A model generated the notes under the pieces. That model saw only the letters and a program-made list of their open reading frames with translations, was not told the origin of the DNA and ran no database searches. From Bacillota bacterium (GTDB taxonomy: Bacteria; Sysuimicrobiota; Sysuimicrobiia; Sysuimicrobiales; Segetimicrobiaceae): a stretch of 64,000 bases of DNA. The stretch's first letter is position 1; each line of letters starts with the position of its first letter. The translations under genes and the position numbers were made by a program. Positions 28,296 to 37,537 of this stretch are shown piece after piece. The stretch covers positions 29,855-93,854 of the forward strand of contig JAJPJL010000126.1 of NCBI GenBank assembly GCA_021324255.1, in the 5' to 3' direction.

Positions 28296-28370
28296 GCCAT
28301 CCCCGCAGCATCGCCCGCGCGGCGTCCTTCGCCGGCCTGGACCAACCCGATGTTCGTGGAGCGGTAGGCC
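28264..28370 (+). repeat. Two 35-bp direct repeats (CCTGGACCAACCCGWTGTTCGTGGAGCGGTAGGCC, one mismatch) 72 bp apart. Copy 1 covers the last 11 codons plus the stop of the PHP gene.
   Basis: Read directly: copy 1 at 28264-28298 and copy 2 at 28336-28370. Confidence 0.8.
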
Positions 28371-28420
28371 CGGCGACCCGACCCAGGACCGCCGTCCGCT
28401 CGGGCGAACGGAGAGACGGG

Positions 28421-30097
28421 ATGCGGTTCGCCGCCTGGCTCATCGACCTCGTCTACAATGCCCTCGCGCTGGCGGGCAACTCGGTGGCACGCGCCCGGGG
28501 GCGCCCCGTCTACGTGGTCGTCGATCTCTCGGGCGAGTACCCCGAGCACCGGCCGCGCAGTCCATGGTGGGTGCGGCGGCGGCCCGAGAGCCTGGAGGAT
28601 CTTCGCGGGCGGCTGCGCCTGCTGGCCGCCGATCCCGCGGTGGCCGGCATCGTGGTGACCGTGTCGGACCTGCGCGCCGGGCTGGGCGCCGTGCAGAGCC
28701 TCCGCCGCGCGCTGGCGGGCGTGCGCGCCGCGGGCAAGCGCGTGATCGCGTACCTGCCCGAGGCCTCCACGCACGTCTACTACGCGGCCAGCATCGCGGA
28801 TACGGTGATCATGCCGGAGAGCGGGACCTTGAACCTCGTCGGCCTCGCGCTCGAGGCGACGTTTCTCGGCGACGCGCTCGAGCGGATCGGCGTCGCGGGC
28901 GAGTTCGAGCAGATCGCCGAGTACAAGACCGCCGTGGAGCCGTTTGTTCGCGGGACGATGCCGGCGCCGATGCGGGAAGCGCTGAACGCCGTCTTGGACT
29001 CCGTCTACGACGACGTGATGGCCGCGATCGCGGAGGCCCGGCGGATCGCGCCCGCCGATCTCCGGCGCGCGGTGTGCGGCGCGCCGCTCCCCGCCGGCGC
29101 GGCCCGTGACGCCGGGCTCATCGACGCGATGCTGTACGAGGACGAGCTCCCCGCGTACCTGGCGGCAGGCAACCGCGCTCCCGCGCTCCTCCCGTGGGCG
29201 ATCGTCCGCCGCCGCCTGCGGCGGCCGCTCCGCCGGCCCGGGGCGGGCCCGGCGATTGCGGCGATCACCGTCCGCGGCCCGATCCACATGGGCGAGAGCC
29301 GCCCGCGGCCGTTCGGGGTGCCCCCGCTGTTTGGCGCCGCGGAGACCGCCGGGCACGCGACCGTCATCCGCGCCATCCGCGCGGCGGAGCGCGATCGCCG
29401 GTTTGGCGCCATCGTGCTCGCCATCGATTCGCCCGGCGGATCCGCGCTGGCGTCGGATCTCATCTGGCGGGCGGTCGCGCGCGCGAATCGCGCCAAGCCC
29501 GTCGTCGCGTTCCTCGGCAACGTCGCCGCCTCCGGCGGCTACTACGTGGCCGCGGGGGCCCGCCGGATCGTCTGCCTGCCGGGCACGCTGACCGGCTCGA
29601 TCGGCGTCATCGGGGGCAAGTTCAACGTCCGCCGCCTTGCGGAGCGCGCCGGCGTCCACCGTGAGCTGCTGGCCCGCGGCGAGGCCGCGGCGCTGTTCTC
29701 GCCGTTCGTGCCGTTCTCGGCGGCCGACCGGCGGCGTGTGCGCGCGCTGATGGAAGGCGTCTACGAGCGATTCGTGGCGCGGGTCGCCGACGGACGGGGT
29801 CTCGCGCTCGACGCCGTGCGCGCCGTCGCCAGAGGCCGCGTGTGGACCGGCCGCCAGGCCCACGGCCACGGCCTCGTGGATCAGCTCGGCGATTTCACGG
29901 ACGCGGTGGACGCCGCCAAGCAACTGATGGGCGTCGCGGCGTCGAGCCGCGTGCCGGTGGTCCACGTCCGCGTCCCGAACGCCGTCGCCGTCTCCCGGCC
30001 CGCCGCCTCCGTGCAGCGTCTCCTGGCGCCCGGCCTCGCGGCGCTCCTCGACGAGCCGATCCTCACGCTGCTGCCCTGGGAGATATCGATCCGGTAG
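28421..30097 (+). CDS. sppA: Signal peptide peptidase SppA (S49, 67K type, two domains)
   Basis: Two ClpP/crotonase-like domains. The second has the catalytic GNVAASGGYY serine motif. The ATG at 28421 is preceded by GGAGAGACGGG. Confidence 0.85.
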   Translation: MRFAAWLIDLVYNALALAGNSVARARGRPVYVVVDLSGEYPEHRPRSPWWVRRRPESLEDLRGRLRLLAADPAVAGIVVTVSDLRAGLGAVQSLRRALAGVRAAGKRVIAYLPEASTHVYYAASIADTVIMPESGTLNLVGLALEATFLGDALERIGVAGEFEQIAEYKTAVEPFVRGTMPAPMREALNAVLDSVYDDVMAAIAEARRIAPADLRRAVCGAPLPAGAARDAGLIDAMLYEDELPAYLAAGNRAPALLPWAIVRRRLRRPLRRPGAGPAIAAITVRGPIHMGESRPRPFGVPPLFGAAETAGHATVIRAIRAAERDRRFGAIVLAIDSPGGSALASDLIWRAVARANRAKPVVAFLGNVAASGGYYVAAGARRIVCLPGTLTGSIGVIGGKFNVRRLAERAGVHRELLARGEAAALFSPFVPFSAADRRRVRALMEGVYERFVARVADGRGLALDAVRAVARGRVWTGRQAHGHGLVDQLGDFTDAVDAAKQLMGVAASSRVPVVHVRVPNAVAVSRPAASVQRLLAPGLAALLDEPILTLLPWEISIR

Positions 30098-30158
30098 CGT
30101 CGGGCGCGGTGCGTGTCGCGCCCCGGCCGCCGGGCCTGACGACGGCGATCCGCGCCGG

Positions 30159-30176
30159 CGGGCGCGAGGGCGCCCG
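30159..30176. terminator. GC hairpin (CGGGCGC-gagg-GCGCCCG) between convergent sppA and nanE
   Basis: A 7-bp perfect stem with a 4-nt loop, in the 157-bp convergent gap. Confidence 0.35.
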
Positions 30177-30254
30177 CGTCAAACGCGCACACGGCCGCCC
30201 CCAACGACTCGATTCGGGGCCCGTCGAGCCCGCACAGGAGGGAGGTGCCCCGCA

Positions 30255-30953
30255 CTATGCCTCGCCGGCCGCGCGCGCGATCGCGTGGACGAACCGCTCC
30301 GTGATCGCCTCCGGCATGGTGATGGCCCGGCCCACGACCACCGCCCACGCGCCGGCCCGGAGCGCCGCCACGGCCTCCTCGGGGTTCGTGATGCGGCCCT
30401 CGGCGACGACCGGCACCGCAACCTCCCGCGCGAGCGCCCGCACCAGGTCGAGATCGGGGCCGGCCGTCTCGTCGCTGCGCGGCGTGTAGCCCGCCATCGT
30501 CGTGGCGACGAGATCGGCGCCGTTCGCCGCCGCCGCGCGGCCCTCGTCCAGGGTCGATACGTCGGCCATGACCGGGAGGCCACACTCGGCGTGGATGCGG
30601 CCGATCAGCGCGGGGAGCGGATCCGCCGCCTCGTCCGCGTCGCGCTCTTGCGTGGCCTGGACGGCGATGAGGTCGGCGCCGGCGTCGGCCAGGGCGCGGG
30701 CTTCCGCAAACGTGGGCGTGATGTACGCGGTCCGACCGCGCAGCTTGTAGAGCCCGATGACCGGCACGTCGACGACCCGCCGGACCGCCGCGACATCGGC
30801 GGGTCCGTCGATCCTCAGGCCCGCGGCGCCGCCGAGCACGGCGCAGCGGGCGAGCGCCGCGATCATCGCGGGGTCGCGCAGCGGACTGCCCGGCAGCGCC
30901 TGACACGACACGATCAGCTTGTGGCGCAGCCGGTCCCGCCAGCCCGGCGTCAC
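30255..30953 (-). CDS. nanE: N-acetylmannosamine-6-phosphate 2-epimerase
   Basis: KLIVSCQALPGSPL motif. About 232 aa from the GTG at 30953, which overlaps the upstream stop (GTGA). The ORF-track N-terminal extension is rejected. Confidence 0.85.
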   Translation of the reverse strand: MTPGWRDRLRHKLIVSCQALPGSPLRDPAMIAALARCAVLGGAAGLRIDGPADVAAVRRVVDVPVIGLYKLRGRTAYITPTFAEARALADAGADLIAVQATQERDADEAADPLPALIGRIHAECGLPVMADVSTLDEGRAAAANGADLVATTMAGYTPRSDETAGPDLDLVRALAREVAVPVVAEGRITNPEEAVAALRAGAWAVVVGRAITMPEAITERFVHAIARAAGEA

Positions 30954-31951
30954 GACGGTCGCTCCTCGGCGTTGCGGAGCGCCCACGTGGCGGCGAGCAG
31001 GGCGAGGCGCTCCGGGGTCGGCGTCACGTCCGCGGCCTGCAGCGCCAAGAGCAGCGCGCCGGCCGCGGGCTCGTAGCGAGGCGGCACCACGGCGGCGCCC
31101 GGGACCTGCGCCGCGAGGGCGAGGCGGAACGGCTCGAGCACGATCGCGCCGGCGTCGAACACCCCGCCGACGGGCGCGACCGCGGTTGCGCCGTCGGGCC
31201 AACGGAGGCGGCGGATCACGGCCACGGCCAGCGCCGCCAGCGACGCGGCCGCGTGCTCCACGATGCCGCGGGCGACCTGGTCCCCCGCCGCCGCCGCCGC
31301 GGTTACGGCGGGCGCAAGCCCGGCGATGCGGCGCCGGTCCAGCTGCCCGGCGTAGTAGGCGATGGGGATGGCCTCCAGGTTCATGCCCCCCACGGCCGGG
31401 ATCCGCGCGGTGAGCGCGGTCGCGGGCCCGCTGCCGTCGACGGCCCGGAGGGCCGCGTGCACCGCCGCCCGGCCGAGGGCAAAGGCGCTGCCATCGTCGC
31501 CAAAGAGGTATCCCCAGCCGCCGGCGCGGGCGTCGATGCCCCGGGCATCGCGGCCCAGGGCCACGGAGCCCGTGCCGGCGATCACCGCCACGCCCGGACC
31601 ACCGGCGAGCGCGCCGGCCAGCGCGATCCGGGCGTCGTTGTCCACGCCGATCGTGCGCGCCCGGAGCACCTCGCGGACCACTTCTTCGAACGCGCGTGAG
31701 CGGTCGGTGTTGACATTGATGCCCGTCATGCCGAACTGCGCCGCGCGAAACTCGACGTCCCCGAGCCGGGCCGCCCGCAGCGCCGCGGCGAGTGACGTCG
31801 CGACCGCCTCGCGCGCCCGCGCCCGTCCGCCGGGTGCGAGGATATGGTTACTGGGACCGCCGCGACCGATGCCCAGCACCGCGCCGTCGATCGTGGCCAC
31901 GGCGCAGAGGGTACTCGATGCTCCGCCGTCGACTCCGAGCACATAGTCCAT
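30950..31951 (-). CDS. BadF/BadG/BcrA/BcrD-type ATPase, N-acetylglucosamine (or MurNAc) kinase-like
   Basis: LGVDGGASST...GVDNDARIALAG...IAGTGS...GGWGYLFGDDGS motifs of the eukaryotic-type GlcNAc kinase family. Confidence 0.75.
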   Translation of the reverse strand: MDYVLGVDGGASSTLCAVATIDGAVLGIGRGGPSNHILAPGGRARAREAVATSLAAALRAARLGDVEFRAAQFGMTGINVNTDRSRAFEEVVREVLRARTIGVDNDARIALAGALAGGPGVAVIAGTGSVALGRDARGIDARAGGWGYLFGDDGSAFALGRAAVHAALRAVDGSGPATALTARIPAVGGMNLEAIPIAYYAGQLDRRRIAGLAPAVTAAAAAGDQVARGIVEHAAASLAALAVAVIRRLRWPDGATAVAPVGGVFDAGAIVLEPFRLALAAQVPGAAVVPPRYEPAAGALLLALQAADVTPTPERLALLAATWALRNAEERPS

Positions 31952-32076
31952 AGCGCGGCTCCGTTTCGCAGGCGCGTACCCCGGGTCCTTTGCCCGGCGG
32001 CCTCACCTGCACCCGGATGACCACACGGGAGACCGCGACCTGCTCCAGGAGCACGCGTGGCGCCCGATACCCCGTC

Positions 32077-33222
32077 CTAGGCCGGTGGGCGGGGGAGGAG
32101 CGCACGCGCCACCGCCTCGGCGATCCGCGGGCGCAGCGCCAGGATCTCCGTGCGGTCGCGGCCCAGATGGATCGCGTTGGCGAGCAGCACGATCGCCAGC
32201 TCGTGCTCCGGATCGATGACGAGCGCGGTGCCGGTGAAGCCGGTGTGGCCGTACGCACGCGCCGACAACGCGCCGCCCCACCAGCCCTGCGTCCCCGTGA
32301 GGGCCCAGCCGAGTCCCCGCGCCGCGTCGCCGGAGGTCTGCGGCGCCGTCGCCTCCCTCACGAGTTCCGGGCTCAGCACCCGCGAGCCCGGACCGCGACC
32401 TCGTGCGAGCCACATCCTCGCGTACTCGATGAGGTCGCCCGCCGTCCCAAACAACCCCGCGTGCCCGGACACCCCGCCCATGGCGTGAGCGTTGCCGTCG
32501 TGGACCTCGCCCCAGACGAGCGTCGTGCGCCAGCGGTGGTGGTGGTGGCGTGCCGCCTCGGCGGCGGGGCGCTCCCGCTCGGACGCCGTCATCTGCTGCT
32601 CGATCCCCGTGCCGTCCTCGGTGGGCGCCACGCGCGCGCGCAGGGCCGCCGGCGGACGGTAGCGAGTGTCGCGCATCGCGAGCGGCGCAAACACGCCGTC
32701 ACCGGCCGCCTCGTCGATCGGCCGGCCGAGCGTCCGGCGCGCAATCTCGCCGAGGAGAATAAATCCGACGTCGCTGTACACCACGCGCGTGCCGGGCGGC
32801 GCCTCGAGCGGCGTGGCCGCGGCCCGGGCGATGATCGCGTCGTACCCCTCGGCCTCGAGGTAGAACGGGATCCACGCCGGGAGGCCGGAGGTGTGAGCGA
32901 GCAGGTGCCGCAGCGTGACGTCGCGATGCGGGAACTCGGGCAGGTGCCAGGCGGCGGGATCGTCGAGGCCGAGCCGGTGCTGCATCACCGCCTGCAAGAT
33001 CAACGGTGTGGCGGCCACCACTTTGGTCAGCGAGGCGAGATCGTAGATCGTCGCCGTGGTCGCCGGGCGGGGCGCCGGCCGGCGGGCGGCGAGCCCCTCG
33101 GCGTGCCGCAGCACGACTTCGCCGCGGTAGAGCACGGCGAGCACGGCGCCGGGGTACGCGCGTCCGACGCCGTCTGCCAGCAGGCGGAGCGCGGGGGCGA
33201 ACGCGCTCGCGGGAGCGGTCAC
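32077..33222 (-). CDS. Serine hydrolase of the beta-lactamase/transpeptidase superfamily (class C/AmpH-like)
   Basis: SxxK motif (ASLTK), a YSD/YxN-like motif and a later HTG triad. The GTG at 33222 overlaps the anmK stop (GTGA). Confidence 0.75.
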   Translation of the reverse strand: MTAPASAFAPALRLLADGVGRAYPGAVLAVLYRGEVVLRHAEGLAARRPAPRPATTATIYDLASLTKVVAATPLILQAVMQHRLGLDDPAAWHLPEFPHRDVTLRHLLAHTSGLPAWIPFYLEAEGYDAIIARAAATPLEAPPGTRVVYSDVGFILLGEIARRTLGRPIDEAAGDGVFAPLAMRDTRYRPPAALRARVAPTEDGTGIEQQMTASERERPAAEAARHHHHRWRTTLVWGEVHDGNAHAMGGVSGHAGLFGTAGDLIEYARMWLARGRGPGSRVLSPELVREATAPQTSGDAARGLGWALTGTQGWWGGALSARAYGHTGFTGTALVIDPEHELAIVLLANAIHLGRDRTEILALRPRIAEAVARALLPRPPA

Positions 33223-34583
33223 ACCCGGTTCCGCGCCGCGCCCCGGAGCGCCCCGGGCGGCGGCCACGTCCACTTCCCGAGCAGCGACGCGTGCCGCGCG
33301 CCGGTGACTCGGGGCAGGTTGCCCGCCATGCCCATCACGGTCGCGTGCCCCAGCAGCGCGAACGCGATGGCTTCCTTGGCGCTGGACGGCACGCCGAACT
33401 CGTCGATGCGCCGCAGGCGAATCGGCGCGATGTCCCGCGCGAGGCGCCGCATCAGCACCCGGTTATGGACGCCGCCGCCCGCGGCGACGAGGTCGACGAT
33501 GGCGTGACGCGGCAGGACGTACCGTCTGATGTTGAGGCTCACGGCGTCCGCCGCGAACGCCGTCGCCGTCGCGATGAGGTCGTCCGCGCCGAGGCGGCGC
33601 CATCGGGCGAGCAGCGCGCGCAGGAACGGTTGGCCGAACTGCTCGTGCCCGGCCGTCTTCGGCGGCGGGGCCGTGACGAAGGGATCGTCGAGCAGTTCCC
33701 GGAGCAACGCGTCGTGCACCCGGCCGCGGGCGGCCCGGTTCCCGCCGCGGTCGAAGGTCTCGGCGCCGCGGGTGAAGTGCCGCACCAGCCCGTCGATGAC
33801 CATGTTCGCGGGCCCGCAGTCGAACGCGGTCACGTCGGCGCGGCGGGCGCCCGCCGGCAGGACCGTCAGGTTCGAGATCCCGCCGAGGTTGAGCGCGATC
33901 CGCCCAGCCGGGCCCGCCAGGAGCGCGAGGTCCGCGTACGGCACCAGCGGCGCCGCCTGTCCCCCGGCCGCGATGTCGGCGGCCCGAAAATCGGCGATGA
34001 CCGGACGCCCGGTCCGCTCCGCGATGACGGCGGCCTCGGCCAGCTGCAACGTAGCCGCGCGCCCCCACGGATCCGCGGCGTCCGGAACGCCCACGTGGGC
34101 GACCGTCTGCCCGTGGGAGGCGATGAAATCCACGCTGTTCATCCGCCGGCCGGCGCGCCGCGCGGCGGCGGCCGCGGCGGCGGCGAAGTACTCGCCGAGC
34201 AGGTAATGGAGCGAGGCGAGCCGCTGCGTGGTCACCGGCTGCGTGCACACGTCCAGGACGCGCTGGCGTACCTCCGCGGGATAGGGCACCGTCGTGTATG
34301 CGACGAGCCGTACGCGCGGCGGCCCCGGCTCCGCGTCGCGCCGGCTCCGCGTCGCGGCGGCACGCCCGGCGGCGCCGTCGGTGACCTCGACGAGGGCCGC
34401 GGCCACGCCGTCGGCGCTCGTCCCCGAAATCAGGCCGATGATGTGCTTCGTCCGCTTCGCGCGGATCGTCTCCAAGGCGCGCGCCCCGGTCGCGAAAGGG
34501 GCGCCGGAGCCCGCGGCGGCGAGGCTCGCCGCCGCAGGCCCCCGGTTCCCCGGCGCGGATCCGCCGCGGCGTGTGGGGCTCAC
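33219..34583 (-). CDS. anmK: Anhydro-N-acetylmuramic acid kinase
   Basis: IIGLISGTSADG N-terminal motif and AnmK-wide similarity. The GTG at 34583 overlaps the murQ stop (GTGA). An alternative TTG start at 34475 gives the canonical N-terminus. Confidence 0.85.
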   Translation of the reverse strand: MSPTRRGGSAPGNRGPAAASLAAAGSGAPFATGARALETIRAKRTKHIIGLISGTSADGVAAALVEVTDGAAGRAAATRSRRDAEPGPPRVRLVAYTTVPYPAEVRQRVLDVCTQPVTTQRLASLHYLLGEYFAAAAAAAARRAGRRMNSVDFIASHGQTVAHVGVPDAADPWGRAATLQLAEAAVIAERTGRPVIADFRAADIAAGGQAAPLVPYADLALLAGPAGRIALNLGGISNLTVLPAGARRADVTAFDCGPANMVIDGLVRHFTRGAETFDRGGNRAARGRVHDALLRELLDDPFVTAPPPKTAGHEQFGQPFLRALLARWRRLGADDLIATATAFAADAVSLNIRRYVLPRHAIVDLVAAGGGVHNRVLMRRLARDIAPIRLRRIDEFGVPSSAKEAIAFALLGHATVMGMAGNLPRVTGARHASLLGKWTWPPPGALRGAARNRV

Positions 34584-35485
34584 GGGTCCGCCCGCCCGAC
34601 TGCCCCGCGGACGCTTCCGGCCTCCTGGAGCGCGCGGGCCGCGGCGTCGGGGTCGAGGCCGCGGGCGAGCATGACGATGGCGACCGGCACCCGGCCGCCG
34701 GCGCGCCCGAGGGCGTCCGCTGCCGCGGCGGCGCCGGCTCCGGTCGCCGCCGAAACGATGCGCAGCGCCCGGCGGCGCAGCTTGTCGTTGGTGGCCTGCA
34801 CGTCGACCATCAGGTTGCCGTAGACCTTGCCGAGCTGCACCATGGTCAGCGTGCTCAACATGTTCAGCACGAGCTTCTGCGCCGTGCCGGCCTTGAGTCG
34901 CGTGCTGCCGGCGATGATCTCCGGGCCCACCAGCGGCGCGATCGTGAGCGCGCAGGCCGCTTCCAGCGAGGACGCGGGCGAGCACGCGACGCCGATCGTG
35001 ACCGCGCCGCGCTCTGCGGCGCGCCGCACCGCCCCCAGGACAAACGGCGTCTCGCCGCTCGCGGCAACACCCACGACGGCGTCGGACGGGCCGGCCCCCA
35101 GCGCATCCATCTCCCGCGCTCCCTGCGCGGCGTCGTCCTCCGCGCCTTCGATCGCGTGGAGCATCGCGCCCGGCCCGCCGGCGATGACGGCTTGCACGAG
35201 GTCCGGCGGCGTGCCGAACGTCGGCGGGCACTCGGCCGCGTCCAGCACGGCCAGGCGGCCGCTCGTGCCCGCGCCGACGTAGATGAGGCGGCCGCCGCGC
35301 CGCAGCGCCTGCGCGATGCGGCGCACCGCCTCGGCGATCTGCGGCAGGGTCGCCCCCACGGCGCCGGGCACCAGCCGGTCTTCGTCGTTCATGAGCCGGG
35401 CCTGCTCGATGACCGGCAGCAGGTCGAGCGCCCGTGTCCGTTCGTTGACCGACTCGGTCAACGGTTCGCGCGGCGACGATGTCAT
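34580..35485 (-). CDS. murQ: N-acetylmuramic acid 6-phosphate etherase
   Basis: SIS domain with GAGTSGRL and the MurQ-specific N-terminus (ERTRALDLLPVIEQARLMNDED). Confidence 0.9.
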   Translation of the reverse strand: MTSSPREPLTESVNERTRALDLLPVIEQARLMNDEDRLVPGAVGATLPQIAEAVRRIAQALRRGGRLIYVGAGTSGRLAVLDAAECPPTFGTPPDLVQAVIAGGPGAMLHAIEGAEDDAAQGAREMDALGAGPSDAVVGVAASGETPFVLGAVRRAAERGAVTIGVACSPASSLEAACALTIAPLVGPEIIAGSTRLKAGTAQKLVLNMLSTLTMVQLGKVYGNLMVDVQATNDKLRRRALRIVSAATGAGAAAAADALGRAGGRVPVAIVMLARGLDPDAAARALQEAGSVRGAVGRADP

Positions 35486-35555
35486 GGGGCCTCCGTGCCG
35501 TCGTTCGACATGGGTGCCCGCCGAGCCGGTGCGTCGCGCCCACGCGGGCCCTCGA

Positions 35556-36467
35556 TCATAGGCGCAGGCGGGGATCCAACACGTCCCGCAGCCCGTCCCC
35601 GAGCAGGTTGAACCCGAGCACGATGAGGGAGATCGCCGCCCCCGGAAATACTGCGGTCCACGGCGCCATCGTCATGAACCGCCGCGCCTCGGCGAGCATG
35701 TTGCCCCAGGACGGCGTCGGCGGTTGCGTGCCCAGGCCGAGGAAGCTCAGGGCCGACTCGGTCAGGATCGCGAAGGAGAGGCTCAGCGATGTCTGCACGA
35801 TGATCGGCGCCAGGATGTTGGGGACGATGTGGTGCAGCAGGATGCGCGGCACGCCGGCGCCTTGCGCCCGCGCCGCCTCCACGTACTCGATGCCGCGCGC
35901 CTGGAGCACGCTGCCTCGCGTCACCCTCGCGAACTGCGGCGTGTACACGATGCCGATCGCGGCGACGAGCACGGGCGGCGTCGTCCCCGCGACGGCCATG
36001 ATGGCGATGGCGAGCAGGACCGCCGGAAAGGCGAAGACGACGTCCATGCTCCGCATCAACACGCTGTCGAGCGCGCCGCCGTAGTATCCGCTCACGACGC
36101 CGATGGTCCCGCCCGCGCCGAGGGCGAGCGCCACGGACGCGAACGAGACGCCGAGCGAGACGCGGGAACCGTAGAGGAGCCGGCTCAGGATGTCGCGGCC
36201 GAACTGGTCCGTGCCGAACGGATGCCCCGCGCCGGGCCGGGCCAGCAGCGCGGTCGGGGCCATGGCGGCCGGATCGGCCGGAGCGAACAGCGGCGCGCCG
36301 GCCGCCGCCACGAGGTACGCGGCGACGATGAGCGAGCCCGCCACGGCGGTCGGGGTGCGGGCCAGGGCCCGGACGCGCGACGGACGGCGGCGGGTCGCGG
36401 CGCCGCCGGTCGCGCGTCCCCGTCGCGCCGCGGCGAGCGCCGGCTTCGGCGCGGGGGCGGTGCTCAT
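35556..36467 (-). CDS. ABC transporter permease, DppC/OppC-like
   Basis: Six transmembrane helices and an EAA-type motif (VEAARAQGAG). The ATG at 36467 overlaps the upstream stop (ATGA). Confidence 0.85.
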   Translation of the reverse strand: MSTAPAPKPALAAARRGRATGGAATRRRPSRVRALARTPTAVAGSLIVAAYLVAAAGAPLFAPADPAAMAPTALLARPGAGHPFGTDQFGRDILSRLLYGSRVSLGVSFASVALALGAGGTIGVVSGYYGGALDSVLMRSMDVVFAFPAVLLAIAIMAVAGTTPPVLVAAIGIVYTPQFARVTRGSVLQARGIEYVEAARAQGAGVPRILLHHIVPNILAPIIVQTSLSLSFAILTESALSFLGLGTQPPTPSWGNMLAEARRFMTMAPWTAVFPGAAISLIVLGFNLLGDGLRDVLDPRLRL

Positions 36468-37411
36468 CGGTAGCGCACGCGTGGATCCGCGAGCGCATAG
36501 AGCACGTCCACGGCCAGGTTGGTCAGCACGAAGAGGCCCGCGATCAGCAGGACGACGCCTTGGACGACGGGGTAGTCTCGCTGGCCGATGGCGTTCAGCG
36601 CCAGGCGGCCCATGCCGGGCAACGCGAACACCTCCTCGATGACGACGGTGCCGCCGAGCAGGTAGCCCGCCTGGTAGCCGATGACGGTGATCACCGGGAT
36701 CAGCGCGTTGCGCAGCGCGTGACGGTTGACGACGATCCGGGCGAGCAGACCTTTGGCCCGCGCGGTCCGCACGTAGTCTTCCCCCAGGACCTCGAGGAGC
36801 GAGGACCGGACGAACCGCATGAAGACCGCGGCGAGCGACACGCCGAGCGAGATCGCCGGCAGCGCCATGATCGTGAGGTTCGCGAGGGGGTTGGCCGCCA
36901 GCCCGACGTACGTGCCGATGGACGCGATCGGAGAGTTGGCCAGGAGGAGCAGGAGCATCGCGGCCAGCCAGAAATTCGGGATGCTGAGCCCGAGGAGACC
37001 GCCCACGGTGACCAGCGTGTCCGCCGCCGTCCCGCGGCGTAGGGCCGCGACGATGCCGATGGGGATCCCGAGCCCGAGCGCGATGACGAGGGCCAGCACG
37101 GTGATCTCGATGCTGATCGGAAGGCGTGCCAGGATGTCGGGCAGCACCGGGCGGCTCGTGCGCAACGAGACGCCGAAGTCGCCCTGCAGGACGCGGCCGA
37201 TCCAATCCACGTATTGCAGCGGCAGGGGCTTGTCGATGCCGAAGAGGCGCCGGAGCTCGGCCATCTGGGCCGGCGTCATGGCCACCTGGGTGCCGAGAAA
37301 CATTTGCACCGCGTCGCCCGGCAGCAGCCGGACGAGCAGAAAGACGACGATCGATACTCCCCACAGCACCGGCAGCAGCCCGAGGAGCCGGCCGGCGAGA
37401 TAGCCGGTCAC
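36464..37411 (-). CDS. ABC transporter permease, DppB/OppB-like
   Basis: Typical DppB fold and motifs (VRTARAKGL). Confidence 0.85.
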   Translation of the reverse strand: MTGYLAGRLLGLLPVLWGVSIVVFLLVRLLPGDAVQMFLGTQVAMTPAQMAELRRLFGIDKPLPLQYVDWIGRVLQGDFGVSLRTSRPVLPDILARLPISIEITVLALVIALGLGIPIGIVAALRRGTAADTLVTVGGLLGLSIPNFWLAAMLLLLLANSPIASIGTYVGLAANPLANLTIMALPAISLGVSLAAVFMRFVRSSLLEVLGEDYVRTARAKGLLARIVVNRHALRNALIPVITVIGYQAGYLLGGTVVIEEVFALPGMGRLALNAIGQRDYPVVQGVVLLIAGLFVLTNLAVDVLYALADPRVRYR

Positions 37412-37537
37412 CCGGCGCGCTCCGGTCGCGCGCGGCCACCCGGCCGCCGGTTGCCGAGGTGCGGGGGCGTCACGATTGGCTGCGGGGGAGACGCGCCGGC
37501 GGGCGCGGCCATACGGCGCGCCCGCCGGCAGCGCAGG

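Noticed and set aside
35482-36498. 338-aa minus-strand ORF
   Set aside because: It is a wrong-frame reading across the DppC-like permease with Arg-rich nonsense. The in-frame permease at 35556-36467 has six transmembrane helices and the EAA motif.
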